NCBI GenBank assembly: GCA_964430885.1
Contig: CAYSHM010000009.1
Coordinates: 1-64,000 of the forward strand
Length of the DNA: 64,000 nt
From: an uncultured archaeon
GTDB lineage: Archaea > Thermoplasmatota > Penumbrarchaeia > JASLWR01
Direction: 5' to 3'
This document shows positions 30,401 through 39,483 of this stretch, piece by piece. The translations under genes and the position numbers were made by a program. Position 1 is the first letter of the stretch, and each line of letters opens with the position of its first letter. A model generated the notes under the pieces. It did no database searches. It worked only from the letters and a program-made list of their open reading frames with translations, and was not told the origin of the DNA.

Positions 30401-30745
30401 ACTGAAGATTCCTTTGATAGATCATATTTGAATGATGGATTCGATTCTGAAATTGAAGATGCTGGGCTTGATGATGATGGTGAAGATTCCGCAGATATGT
30501 CCTGGGATGATTCAGGCAGCGAGGATAATGAGGAGATAGATGCAGGGTTCGCTTATTCTTCGTCATCAGAGGGAGGTTCTGGGAGATATGCTAATTATCC
30601 CGGGGTTGAGATCGAGTTTGACGATAGCCGTTATGTAGCAGCCGATGAGGAGGGCCTTGAGTTATCCTATGAATGTCCGGGCTGTGGCTCGATGGTCAAT
30701 TTCGGCGGGGCTGAATGTCCTTATTGCGGGTCAGGCTTCAACTGA
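24446..30745 (+). CDS. Membrane-anchored C1A (papain-like) cysteine peptidase with PKD/Ig repeats, acidic tail and zinc ribbon
   Basis: QGYEASCTAWS, NHAQTVVG, IVNSWG; many P.ADAG.D...FDGS.S.DN..I..Y.W PKD units; TM; D/E-rich tail; CPGC-x10-CPYC. Confidence 0.92.
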   Translation: MKQKIMIILTALILLSVNLFFATPHQDDDCRDISIIKPNDAYEPNVGHELFLDDVHTRSNNGYLYRNRAAGRVDVETLKEIVGIWQPGVDYNPKFDGFGTGLKPPRESEWEEMIGSAGLVTDVIALEGTRANVTSLDMMTEKYFPPIGSQGYEASCTAWSTTYYHKTYIEAREHDWDLSGASWVGGHTGQPTPINYQDKIMSPEFVYHQINEGEDGGSWMDDAYNLMAKVGTSSWEKMPYSCYDHTSWPTEEAWREAPLYRGDETIGVSEGWNWLWVENETGVENLRNLLISRIPVSISIDAGQFNTLGQMNDTWTLDTYGNPNRNHAQTVVGFDDERWYDENGSATQGAFKIVNSWGPGRQDSVYWISYESFKRDVNYVGFMYDKVNYNPETLAVFQISHSKRGECNISFGVGNISNPNGTKNYKVEHFDGGPVPFPNHVMAVDITEFKNNVTEINGSHFFLNVTDIETGTTGSIQSFWVEHYTDYINNSLYVGAPSDDPVVNTIQNTPVYAELDLVDDAAPEADAGEDQTIENNTMVQFDGTGSFDYSGITNYTWDFIYDGNPITLYGPDPQFQFNMYGSFLVNLNVTDPWNHWDMDNLTVFVEDITPPSADAGEDQWVEPGDLVTFDGSGSSDNVAVGNYTWTFTYDGNPQTLYEAGPSFQFDLPGIYTVTVVVEDTSTNTDTDTVTVWVNDSVLPAADAGIDQLVDQWDLVNFDGSGSSDNVGIASYEWTFNDGGGQTLNGVMPVYDFNNAGFFAVTLNITDLFGNWDEDVVNITVLDIELPQFGSEWHDDLETENPALLSINITDNVDVDKVFLNLSWNNGTWFSYPVTNYTLDSWEITLMPPMNATTLEYFFRANDTSDNWNISTATLIGVSDHTSPDFGQFWHGPLTTGESFLLSINITDNIGIDTVTLNISLDGGTVMSWQVANNTNDSWTIIINLPENALTVDCIFIAQDISGNKNTSAQQNFLVIDNDNPVFGGSWHSVPTTGDVAHFSVNITDNIDVDIVAFEFTYDNNTYQTWPVTNNTGPSYEISIMIYPGAQFINFRFWVNDTSNNALYQAHTYLLVADNDLPIFSGLSYSPPTTGDNWVLGVTVSDNVVLDSLLLFFTLDGNDQKVWDINNETQPDVWRITVSIPWNSTHLEFYIRAEDSTGNMNQSQNVSLGVLDNDVPLMTSLSFLPLTTGDITNFSIDIVDNILIDAVMFNFSFNNDSGHTWQVLNSTMDTWSIEISIPDDGEYMEYQFWVNDTSGNGNQTPLAGSFILDNDAPMADAGEDVIIDQHQHALLQSIGSTDNIGISNLTWSFMYDGLTRFVYGNDSSYLFDISGSYVIWLNVTDGSGNWDMDNLTLLVMDITPPTVTAGIDIQIDQHELVELNASACSDNGVISSYVWTITRNTVRGNFVRDADPVILLGRITHFVFHDAGAFTVNLTITDQEGNSASDNFYAEVRDTTAPAAWAGPDMIVDEGTTIELDGTLSTDNVAISNYTWQIHHPLEIRTLYYTMIPFLFTYVGEYNITLNVSDEMGNWDTDMMTVIVNDISYPVAHAGENIAVDQGEQFVLNASESSDNYNIVNYTWTVAGKSYYEPVVEISITDPGVYTAHLRVKDEVGHSSDDTIIITVLDITPPVARITLEEIVYPEDKVIVIEMGHIQEIHFDGLKSSDNVGIVNFTWSIENLTLYSSKLTWSLNSSGLIRIDLLVFDLRGNKANATLFVDVVDFIRPVADGGPDRQAYTGETIKLNATASYDNQEIVEYVWSFWYQGEQVILEGPIHELSFDQEGDYLITLNVTDSFGNHMSDNVKVTVKEEPESPSTPGDDDSDINTDDSSSDSLSDHCWFIGVIVLIILIIIILVIVMINRRKKEVDIHEKSSEDEDDSGDENDEVLEELLSDGKDEGIGKDGDSAEESYLDDEEDYYLQEDEYLDDEYDEGIVVDFDEEYGDDGFDSDSDDDIEGEESDIFGYDDEDDSEDEGDNYYGRDDAEDITEDSFDRSYLNDGFDSEIEDAGLDDDGEDSADMSWDDSGSEDNEEIDAGFAYSSSSEGGSGRYANYPGVEIEFDDSRYVAADEEGLELSYECPGCGSMVNFGGAECPYCGSGFN

Positions 30746-30802
30746 TTGAATAAGAGATGCTCTTAATTATCTAAGCTGAATAGCAAACCAAGCAGTTCAT
30801 GA

Positions 30803-32482
30803 CTATTTCTTCCTGCTCTGAACATACTTGGTCAGGTTTCCATATCCCATGGCTTCAGGCATGACGTCGGTCTCCACACTGTAGCTCATTGGTGTTGATA
30901 TCACAATGTCCTCGTTCTCAAAGGTCTCTAGAATGCTCTGTATCAGCTGGGATTTCACTACCCGCATGGCCCTTGGAGTTTCAACATAAAACCTAAGTTC
31001 CACCATCACATCAGAGGGTCCGAACTCCCGGAGTACCACTTGGGGCAACCTTGGTTTTTCCTGAACATCCGGATGTCCGTTAGCCAATCTTTCAAGTGCT
31101 TCCATTGCCTTCTTGACATTTTTCCAGTAGGGAACCAACCCTACTCTGATTCTAACTCTAAGGGACGGTTCGGTTATATGTGAGAAATTGGCAAGATAGT
31201 TTTCAGTTATCATCTTGTTAGGTATTGTAAGGATTACACCGTCGGTAGAGCGGACCTTTGTACTTCTCAATCCGATGTGCAGGACATCACCCCAGCTGCT
31301 GTAGAGTTTACCAATCTTCTGGGGTAAAAGGATCCTGTCACCTATCTTGAAGGACTGGTCAAGCAGAAGATGGATACCAGAGAATATATTTGAAAGTGAG
31401 TCCTGGGCGGCAAAGGCTACGAGAATACCCACTACACCCATGCTAGTGATGAAAATAGTAATATCGAACCCCACCTGTGCAAGGATTGCAAAGAACCCAA
31501 TTACGAATATTATTGCAGAACCCATTTTCTTTGTCATTGGCAGCAGCATATTGGATACGCCGGGTTCGTTCATCTTCTTTGATACACTGATACCCACTTG
31601 AACCAGGGCCGAAAGTATTTTCACCAAAGCGTACATCGCCAGAATAATGAATAGAATATTGTAACAGATCTGAAGCCAATTCAGAAGCTTTGAGGGAATA
31701 TCCAGAAGTTTAAGGGATGATACGACTCCATATAGAACCAGTATGAATAGGAGAGGAAGGCGTATTGCCTTTACAATAATATCATCAACCTTCATTTTGG
31801 TCTTTCCTGTAATGCCTTTTACCACATATTTCAGGAATAGAATTACAATGAGAAAGATAAGAACCCAAATGGTTACCGACATCAGGAAATCTCCTATCTG
31901 GTTATCCAGGGGTGTAGGTAGCGGATTTTCAAGCAAGCCGAAGATAAGCACTTCATGCTCTCTATTGACAATCACGCTTTTCTGAACATTTATCATATCC
32001 CCACCTGAACTGGCGCTGAAAAGTACTGAAATCTTCTGTTCTATTGGAGCTTCTTCAGAGAGTGGTGTAGCTTTAATTGTAACAACAGTAGAGTTGGCGT
32101 TTCCAGGTCCCAGTTCGAACTCTGCTGGTACATCCATTTCCACCAGCCATTCCTTGTCAGTTTCCATGATGATGATCCGAATGTTCATGCTGATATTGTT
32201 CTTATTGATAAGTTCCCATCTGAAATCTGCTTCCTCATCCACATCAACAGTCTTCTTAGAAGTTTCCTTATCCTCGATCTCCAGGTCTTTTTCCGAAAGA
32301 GCCGAGGCGAATGGTATGTGAAGAATAGCTCCTATTACTGCCATTAATATGGTAATGGTCATGATGCTGAGTGCCAACATCTTTACTGAAATGATCTTTC
32401 CTTTCTCACTCATAATTATCACCCGGGTAAGTACAGGTCCCATGGGTCTGCTTCTAATTATAGACCAATAAATCATGGTCAT
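30803..32482 (-). CDS. mscS: MscS family mechanosensitive channel with N-terminal Ig-like extension
   Basis: FAAQDSLSNIFSG, FKIGDRI, G.V..IGLRSTK......IPN; true start may be ATG 32413. Confidence 0.9.
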   Translation of the reverse strand: MTMIYWSIIRSRPMGPVLTRVIIMSEKGKIISVKMLALSIMTITILMAVIGAILHIPFASALSEKDLEIEDKETSKKTVDVDEEADFRWELINKNNISMNIRIIIMETDKEWLVEMDVPAEFELGPGNANSTVVTIKATPLSEEAPIEQKISVLFSASSGGDMINVQKSVIVNREHEVLIFGLLENPLPTPLDNQIGDFLMSVTIWVLIFLIVILFLKYVVKGITGKTKMKVDDIIVKAIRLPLLFILVLYGVVSSLKLLDIPSKLLNWLQICYNILFIILAMYALVKILSALVQVGISVSKKMNEPGVSNMLLPMTKKMGSAIIFVIGFFAILAQVGFDITIFITSMGVVGILVAFAAQDSLSNIFSGIHLLLDQSFKIGDRILLPQKIGKLYSSWGDVLHIGLRSTKVRSTDGVILTIPNKMITENYLANFSHITEPSLRVRIRVGLVPYWKNVKKAMEALERLANGHPDVQEKPRLPQVVLREFGPSDVMVELRFYVETPRAMRVVKSQLIQSILETFENEDIVISTPMSYSVETDVMPEAMGYGNLTKYVQSRKK

Positions 32483-32499
32483 TTAGAATTAAGATCAAG

Positions 32500-32571
32500 A
32501 GCCACCGGCGGGAATTGAACCCGCGACCGTCTGATTACGAATCAGACGCTATACCGCTAAGCCACGGTGGC
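32500..32571 (-). tRNA. tRNA-Thr(CGT), no intron, CCA not encoded
   Basis: GCCACCG acceptor stem, anticodon arm TCTGA-TTCGTAA-TCAGA, T arm GCGGG-TTCAATT-CCCGC. Confidence 0.96.
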
Positions 32572-32631
32572 TTCTTATGGAATTAAACCACCCCATTAGA
32601 TTCCCACACGATAAATATTTTTTCTATATTT

Positions 32632-34320
32632 TTATAACTCGACATCCACGAATTTGAAACTTTCCACATCGAAGAGGCCCCTGTCCGATAACTTGAGTTT
32701 AGGGATCACCAGAAGAGCAAGAAAACTGAGGGTTATTATTGGGGAGGCCAAGCAGCATCCCATCTTCCCGAGCTGTGAGCGAATTCCGTTCAGGTTACTT
32801 GTCACCTCTCGGCATGGTCTAGTGCTCATCAGACCGGCCACTGGCAGAGGCAGATATATGGATGATATTTTCGATGCACCATTATGTAGCGTTTCAGAGT
32901 TATTCCTGACACATATTCCTCCATTTTCCTTTATCATGTTTATGGCCTGGTACATGGTTTTTCTATCGGTTCCAACACAAATGATGTTATGGCTGTCATG
33001 GGCTATAGTACTGCTGAGGGCTCCATTTCTGAACCCGAAACCCTTTACAAATCCCATACCGATATTTTTCCCTTCATGCCGGTCTACCACGGACAGATAC
33101 AGGATGTCATTATCAGTATCCGCTAGTATTTCTCCATTTTTCACTTTCGCCCTGGCGATGTATTTTTCAGTTATCAGTTCTCCGTCCTGAACCTCAATTA
33201 CCCTGACCCGGGATTCCTTCTCTTCATTCTTCCTTGATCCGATGACAAGCATCTCAGGACTGATATCATGTGTTCTACATTGATGATCCAGCGGTAATGG
33301 ATCGCTATTCCAGTTGATATTTCTACCGTAAACCTGCTCCCCTCCAATATAGCTCTCCATTACTCGAAATGATTGGAGGTCCCTGACCGCAACTATATCT
33401 GCAAGACGCCCCGGTTCCAGAGCTCCTGCATTGATCCCGTAATGTTCGCATGGGACTATTGTCACACTTCGCAGGGCGGAAGCCAGGTCAGCTCCCTGTT
33501 CAACCAGATCCCTCAGATGGCTGTCCAGATGCCCTTTCATCAGGTCCCCGGGATGCCTGTCGTCAGAAACGGTCATCACATCAAAACTGCTGTAGATGTC
33601 TATGAGGGAAGATAGGTTTTTGGCAGCCGATCCCTGTCTTACTTGGATGGTCATTCCCAGTTTGGCCTTTTCCATTGCCTCGGTGATCCTGCTGCATTCG
33701 TGATCTGTGGAGATTCCCGCCGAAATATAAACGCCCAGATCTTCCCCTGTCAACAGGGGCGCATGTCCGTCTATGGGTTTCCCCAAATCTCTTGCAGCCT
33801 CAATTTTTGCCATTACCTCGGGATCTTTATTGAGGACTCCGGGGTAGTTCATCATCTCTCCTAGTGCCACATATGCATCGCTCTCGAGCAGTTTCTTAAT
33901 ATCATCTGATCCAATCCTTCCCCTTGAGGTCTCGAAATTCGTGGCGGGAACGCATGAGGGGACGGTCCAATGAAACCTGAGAGGAGTTCGTCCGGCATCC
34001 TCTCTCATATAGGCCATCCCCTCCAAGCCCATGACGTTTGCTATTTCGTGGGGATCGGCAACAACACCGGTTGTACCATAAGGCAATACTGTCTCAGCAA
34101 ACCTGCTTGGTGTCAGCATGGATGATTCGATGTGGATATGCCCGTCCACAAATCCAGGGAGCAGGAATGGGCCATTCATTCCTTCTGTTCCCCCTGCGGT
34201 CAGTTCGACTGCCTTATCCGTACGTTCGATACTTTGGATAAGTCCTACCTGGGTCCGGATTATGCCAGGGTAGACCTTCCGGCGGATTACATCGACGATA
34301 TTTCCCGCAAGTTCTTTCAT
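32632..34320 (-). CDS. ade: Adenine deaminase
   Basis: PGFVDGHIHIESS, DPHEIANV.G, GEMMNYPGV, DGHAP, TDHE, SDD, AHDSHN; ATG 34320 overlaps the upstream stop. Confidence 0.95.
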   Translation of the reverse strand: MKELAGNIVDVIRRKVYPGIIRTQVGLIQSIERTDKAVELTAGGTEGMNGPFLLPGFVDGHIHIESSMLTPSRFAETVLPYGTTGVVADPHEIANVMGLEGMAYMREDAGRTPLRFHWTVPSCVPATNFETSRGRIGSDDIKKLLESDAYVALGEMMNYPGVLNKDPEVMAKIEAARDLGKPIDGHAPLLTGEDLGVYISAGISTDHECSRITEAMEKAKLGMTIQVRQGSAAKNLSSLIDIYSSFDVMTVSDDRHPGDLMKGHLDSHLRDLVEQGADLASALRSVTIVPCEHYGINAGALEPGRLADIVAVRDLQSFRVMESYIGGEQVYGRNINWNSDPLPLDHQCRTHDISPEMLVIGSRKNEEKESRVRVIEVQDGELITEKYIARAKVKNGEILADTDNDILYLSVVDRHEGKNIGMGFVKGFGFRNGALSSTIAHDSHNIICVGTDRKTMYQAINMIKENGGICVRNNSETLHNGASKISSIYLPLPVAGLMSTRPCREVTSNLNGIRSQLGKMGCCLASPIITLSFLALLVIPKLKLSDRGLFDVESFKFVDVEL

Positions 34321-35597
34321 ATTTCCGCCACCTTTTCTTTGAACCACTTTCCAACGATGCGGTTAAAATCGGAGATTACTTTTTGAGCTCCGGTTACCTT
34401 CCTGTTCTTCATAACAATTCTACCGTTTATTATCGAATCTCTTATCATACCTGGAGCCCCGCTGTAAACAATATGGGAAGTGAGAGGATTCCAGGCGGGC
34501 TGCATGCATTCATGGCCAATATCTATCAGAAGGATGTCCGCCTTTTTCCCCGCCTCTATTTTGCCGGCATTAAGCCCTAATGCTTCCGCACCATTTTCCG
34601 TAGCGCATTTATAGACATATGCTGCATCCCCCTTTTGAGGATCATCATATCTGGATTTGGTACCGATGGCCGCGAATTTCATAGTATCCAGCATTGATAA
34701 GGAGTTATTGGATGCAGGTCCGTCAGTACCTAATGTTACATTCAATCCATTTCTTCTCATACTGGACATGTCCATATGATTTCCCACTGCAAGTTTCATA
34801 TTGGAAATGGGATTATGGGATACACTGACTCCCTGTTGCTCCATAATTTCCATATCCCTCTCATCCGCCCAGACACAGTGGGCCGCGATCAATTTAGGAT
34901 TCAAAAGGTTCAACCGGTTCAGAGTGTCTATCAAATCATCGCTGGTTTCTTTTTTATGATTGATCTTTTCATTCTTTGTTTCCATGAGGTGAAAATGTAT
35001 TGGGATGTCCATTTCCAAAGCTTTCTTTCCGCACCAAGACAAGATCTCCTGGGAACAGGTATATACGGCGTGGGGGCAGAGGGCGGCTCTCACAAGCTCC
35101 CCCATTTCCTCAATGCTTTCCAGTGTTTTATCCGCTCTCGCGATTCCCGCTTCCATAGTTTCGGGGGATACTTTGTCCATAAAGACGGGACCGGTATAGA
35201 CCCGAATGCCCATATCCTCTGCAGCTCTTGCCACTTCCAAGGGGTGGAAGTACATATCCATGAAACAGGTAGTTCCGGAACGTATCATCTCGAGACAGGC
35301 TAGCTTTGATGAATTATAAACAATCTTCTTTGTAAGTTTTCCCTCCATTGGCCATATGCGGCGAGTGAGCCAGGTGTTCAGGTCCAGATCATCCGCCCAG
35401 CCCCGGAATACGGTCATAGAGGAATGGGTATGAGTATTGATAAACCCGGGTATTGCCGCAGTTCCAGTACCATCCAGTTCAGTATCAGCCTTGAACTCAA
35501 CCTTGCCAATATACTTGATATCCGATCCTTCAATATAAATGTCCACGTGCTTGTTATTATGCAGGGTGTTCCTGATAACAATAGACATGATGATCAC
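34317..35597 (-). CDS. mtaD: MTA/SAH (5'-deoxyadenosine) deaminase, amidohydrolase family
   Basis: PGFINTHTH, EMIRSGTT, PHAVYT, HLMET, HNP.SNMKL, LGTDG.ASN; operon context. Confidence 0.85.
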   Translation of the reverse strand: MIIMSIVIRNTLHNNKHVDIYIEGSDIKYIGKVEFKADTELDGTGTAAIPGFINTHTHSSMTVFRGWADDLDLNTWLTRRIWPMEGKLTKKIVYNSSKLACLEMIRSGTTCFMDMYFHPLEVARAAEDMGIRVYTGPVFMDKVSPETMEAGIARADKTLESIEEMGELVRAALCPHAVYTCSQEILSWCGKKALEMDIPIHFHLMETKNEKINHKKETSDDLIDTLNRLNLLNPKLIAAHCVWADERDMEIMEQQGVSVSHNPISNMKLAVGNHMDMSSMRRNGLNVTLGTDGPASNNSLSMLDTMKFAAIGTKSRYDDPQKGDAAYVYKCATENGAEALGLNAGKIEAGKKADILLIDIGHECMQPAWNPLTSHIVYSGAPGMIRDSIINGRIVMKNRKVTGAQKVISDFNRIVGKWFKEKVAEI

Positions 35598-35600
35598 CTC

Positions 35601-36308
35601 TCAATCCATGCATTTCAGAAGGTTGACTATTTTTCGGGCTATTTTTATACTGTCCTCGGTACCGTGTTTGATAGTATCCAGGGTCAGCTCATCAGAGATC
35701 ACACCATTTGCGTAATTGTCCACAAAACAAACTGGACAATACTCCAACCCTGTTTCCAGGCATAGAGTTGACTCATTGGCCATGGTCATACCAATTATGT
35801 CGGCAATATTCCTGTAGAAATTCACCTCGGCCTTTGTCTCCAGCCTAGGCCCTTTTGTTTGAATGTAGACCCCCCGCTGTTTCACCTTCACCCCTTTTTC
35901 CCGCAGCTTTGATATAACCCGATCCCTGAAAGGGGATATGAGAGAGGGGGTGATATGTTTTCTTTCAGGAACATTTAGACTTATAATTGACCCAAGATTG
36001 ATATAATCGTGGGGGATCAGAACGGAGCCCAAACCAATTCCCATATTGAGTGAGCCAACAGAATAAATGCCTACAGCATTTTTAATTCCCAATTTCAGGA
36101 GAGCAGTGATATTTCCCTTATGGTTGATTATCTGGGGGAGTATATTCCCATTTATACCATGTCTGGGCAGAAATAAAGCATCATCACTTTCGACATATTC
36201 GATCATACCATAGATGGTCCTCAGTTCTTTCTTTTCAATATCAACGCGACCACCGAAGGGCTGAATGGTACCAGTGATGAAGGCTATTTTGCTCATAATG
36301 CTCACCAA
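35601..36308 (-). CDS. MTAP/PNP family nucleoside phosphorylase (methylthioinosine phosphorylase-like)
   Basis: PRHG, N..AL..LG, SVGSL, GPRLET.AE, GMT, DNYANG. Confidence 0.88.
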   Translation of the reverse strand: MVSIMSKIAFITGTIQPFGGRVDIEKKELRTIYGMIEYVESDDALFLPRHGINGNILPQIINHKGNITALLKLGIKNAVGIYSVGSLNMGIGLGSVLIPHDYINLGSIISLNVPERKHITPSLISPFRDRVISKLREKGVKVKQRGVYIQTKGPRLETKAEVNFYRNIADIIGMTMANESTLCLETGLEYCPVCFVDNYANGVISDELTLDTIKHGTEDSIKIARKIVNLLKCMD

Positions 36309-36497
36309 TCCTTCCGTATTCAGGGAAAAATGAAAATTTTATCAGTATTGAATTGAATTAATATTCAATATATAAAATAATTCATTCAATGGTGATTATG
36401 AAGAAGTTACCACCGTCAGGGAACCTTTTTATATCTCAATGACGTTGCTTTTTCATATAATCCCATTAGTTTGCATGATGCTTTTACCAGTTAGTAT

Positions 36498-37685
36498 TTG
36501 GTTTGCATATTAATCATAGATATTGTCATTAAGTTCATTAAAGGGAGTTATGGCTTGAAAAGATTTACAAGGTTCTTCACGGTGATGCTTCTTCTGCTTT
36601 TCAGTGGATTGATGTTTTTCACGATCTATTTCGGAAAGGTCTCAGTAGGGGGAGCCATCAAATCCTCACTCTATTACGCTCTTGTGATAATGGGTGTGCC
36701 GGTTACCTTCAGGTATTTTCCCCGTACAATGTCCAGAATGAAGGATAAATTTTGGTTCTTCGGACTGCTCATAGCGGTTTTCATTTTATACGGATTGTCC
36801 ATAGTTCCAACTCTGCTCTATGCTGAACTCGAAAAAAGCGTGAATATAGGAACGCTACTTATAGCCATATCCCTATTGGCTACTAAATATATGATTCTGA
36901 ATCTTCTACTTTCCTTTTCCATAGCCTATTTCATATATGCCTTCACAGCTACCTACGCACCGGTAATCCTGAACAATCTGGTGGGATTGACTAAAAGGGG
37001 GTATGGGAAAGAGGGTTTTTTCAAATGGGGATGGATAAGATTTGCAGTGCTGGGTTGGATCTTCAACATTCCAGGGTTCATAGACACCCATCGGCTGCAT
37101 CTTCGCATCGGTTCAACCAAGGTAAATATGGGCAAGAAACTGCTGGCGCTTCTCCCAATAGAGGTATTTTTAGCTTCTCTTCTGGTCTTGTATATAGGAT
37201 TGAATCCCTTCCTGCCCCCTGATCTTTCCAGAGTAATACTTATTGATGTTTCATTGAACATTGCTTCCCTTATACCGATAGTTGTGTTTCCTGTTTACAT
37301 ACTTTATATGCTGAAACCTTTCATCCCCACGGATGAGGAAAGTAAAAGGGGTTTCTGGGTACACAAGGGAATGAAGAACAGACTTACGGGACTAATGATC
37401 ACCGTTACCACTATCCTACTGATTCTGCGTCTGGCTTTTGAGCGCCTTTCATCATCAATTTTCATACTGGCGGGTCTGAAATTGCTGATAGCCATACCGG
37501 GTCTCCTTCTTTCAACGATAATATTTATTCTGGTATTTGAGAGGATGATCCTGTTCCATACAACCTATAACTTCAGAAGGGGCAAGGGCGGGGACAGTTC
37601 ATTCCTCGGGGAGACCGAACGTATTTTCAAGGAATGGATCAGTGGTCCAAAAAAGAAAAATAAGATTAAGGATAAAAATGAATGA
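36498..37685 (+). CDS. Polytopic membrane protein, function unknown
   Basis: 395-aa ORF with about 8-9 hydrophobic segments. Confidence 0.7.
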   Translation: MVCILIIDIVIKFIKGSYGLKRFTRFFTVMLLLLFSGLMFFTIYFGKVSVGGAIKSSLYYALVIMGVPVTFRYFPRTMSRMKDKFWFFGLLIAVFILYGLSIVPTLLYAELEKSVNIGTLLIAISLLATKYMILNLLLSFSIAYFIYAFTATYAPVILNNLVGLTKRGYGKEGFFKWGWIRFAVLGWIFNIPGFIDTHRLHLRIGSTKVNMGKKLLALLPIEVFLASLLVLYIGLNPFLPPDLSRVILIDVSLNIASLIPIVVFPVYILYMLKPFIPTDEESKRGFWVHKGMKNRLTGLMITVTTILLILRLAFERLSSSIFILAGLKLLIAIPGLLLSTIIFILVFERMILFHTTYNFRRGKGGDSSFLGETERIFKEWISGPKKKNKIKDKNE

Positions 37686-37698
37686 TCGGTATTGAATT

Positions 37699-37731
37699 GG
37701 GCTTTTGGAATGAAATTTGCCCAAAAGACCC
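37699..37731. terminator. Hairpin between convergent genes
   Basis: GGGCTTTTGG...CCAAAAGACCC inverted repeat. Confidence 0.3.
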
Positions 37732-37769
37732 TTTCACATGATTGAAATGATGAACTGTTATTGTATTCA

Positions 37770-38270
37770 TCAGCGTTTTCTGACAATTCCTATCGAAGCG
37801 AACAAAATACCTATAGCAACAAGTCCAACTGCAAGAAAGACAGTAGCGCATGCTCCATCGCTTCCCCCTTCTCCAACTTCAACCTCGAAATTATCGGTCC
37901 AAACCTTCGCACCCGTAGAGTTAGAAACGGTTAGATTGAATAAATATTTTCCATCTATCACCGATTCATCAGGTTCAAAAATTAGTTTTAGAAGTCTCTC
38001 CTCTCCAACCACATCCAATGTAGCTTTGCTCTGGGAATTGTCCTTCAAGGAGAATCCGGTCTTGTTGGTCCAAGTGAGAGTGAACTCACCAGCCTCGGAG
38101 TTGTTTTCGATGCTGACCCAAACGGAGACCTCTACATCAGCGCCAATGTCGTATGTACGAACCTTTTCATTTTTGGTCACAGTCACACCCTGCGCGGCGC
38201 CCAGGAATATTGTTGCGAGCATTATCACAAATAATACCGTCATAGTTTTGCTTGCTTTCATATATATCAC
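37770..38270 (-). CDS. Small secreted Ig-like protein with C-terminal TM anchor
   Basis: Signal peptide, beta-rich core, TM followed by RKR. Confidence 0.7.
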   Translation of the reverse strand: MIYMKASKTMTVLFVIMLATIFLGAAQGVTVTKNEKVRTYDIGADVEVSVWVSIENNSEAGEFTLTWTNKTGFSLKDNSQSKATLDVVGEERLLKLIFEPDESVIDGKYLFNLTVSNSTGAKVWTDNFEVEVGEGGSDGACATVFLAVGLVAIGILFASIGIVRKR

Positions 38271-38434
38271 GTCTTTATGTATTATTCAATAATTTAAGCG
38301 ATTGATTAAACTGGTGTGAAATTGCCATTCAGCACCACTGGTAAATAGCCCTTCCGTTATTATATATACTTTGTCCGTCTACTTAAAAGAACTGCGCTGC
38401 AGGGTGCCGAATACACCTGAAATACATATGGGTC

Positions 38435-39223
38435 TCATCGGATAATGTCGATATCATCACCCACCATCAATGACATTGAGTCCTCGGCGGCTATGGTTCT
38501 GATTCCAGTTTTTACCTTGATCCAGTTCGCTTCTGCACTGGGGTCCTGGTTCAGGGTCTTTAATCCAAAATGTGTAAGGATGGCCAATTCCGGCTGGACT
38601 TGGCTCACGAGTTCGGCAGTATCCTCTGTGGACAGGTGCATCTTGATCCTTGCCCCCCTAGGTCTGGTTGTGCTCAAGATCAGAACTCTGCAGTTTCTGT
38701 AGATGTCCTTCATTTGCGGGAAAAATTCCGTATCGCTGATATAACCGATGCTGCCGTCGTTTGACCTGAATATGAAACCTACACTAGTGGGGTCTGAGTG
38801 AACCGATTTTGTAGCTTCGATCAGAAGCTCCCCCACCTTGTATTTACTCTCGGCCTTGGCTTCCATGACCTTCAGGAGCTTTTTTCTATAGTAACTTGGG
38901 ATCATAGGACCTGACCCGTTGATTCCTTTCAGAGTTGTAGGGCTAGCCAAAACCATACCGCTTTTTCTGGTGGAACCCTTGGTCATGGCCTCGCAAAGAA
39001 TTGCTGCGTCGTTTGAATGGTCTATATGGCAGTGTGATACCAGAACTGCATCCAGATTTATGGCATCGATATTTTCCTGATGAAGTCTTACCAAAGAACC
39101 GGGCCCAGGATCGATCACGACTTCGGTATCATTATAAGATAGGTAGATGCCTCCTGTTGAGCGGGTCTGAAAAATGGTGGCGAATCGGCCGCCGCATGTA
39201 CCTAAAAATTTTATATAGACCAT
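38435..39223 (-). CDS. MBL-fold metallo-hydrolase
   Basis: FLGT.GGR, IDPGPG, SHCHIDH, H, SDTE, HLS, THFG. Confidence 0.9.
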   Translation of the reverse strand: MVYIKFLGTCGGRFATIFQTRSTGGIYLSYNDTEVVIDPGPGSLVRLHQENIDAINLDAVLVSHCHIDHSNDAAILCEAMTKGSTRKSGMVLASPTTLKGINGSGPMIPSYYRKKLLKVMEAKAESKYKVGELLIEATKSVHSDPTSVGFIFRSNDGSIGYISDTEFFPQMKDIYRNCRVLILSTTRPRGARIKMHLSTEDTAELVSQVQPELAILTHFGLKTLNQDPSAEANWIKVKTGIRTIAAEDSMSLMVGDDIDIIR

Positions 39224-39483
39224 ATGGTGCAGTCTCCGTGTTGCGCGACCCCCTTAAACGTCAATTATTTGTTATTAAATCTTTGGCACAATTAACCGCA
39301 GGAATAGAGGTATAGCCATACACACCATATTCTAACCTTGGGCAGATTTTTATTTTTTGATGTATATAGCATTGGAGAGGTATAGATTTATAAGGGTAGT
39401 CAACTAATCCACCATCGATTCATGAGCTATTCAGAATCAGATATGATCATTATCTTGTTTAACTATTACAATCCGAGGGGTAA

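Noticed and set aside
29880-30660. GAT/GAA-rich quasi-repeats resembling an array
   Set aside because: Explained by the Asp/Glu-rich coding tail; no fixed repeat-spacer period, so not CRISPR.
32500-32571. tRNA-Thr as integration site of a mobile element
   Set aside because: No integrase and no duplicated tRNA 3' end seen; the flanks are housekeeping genes.
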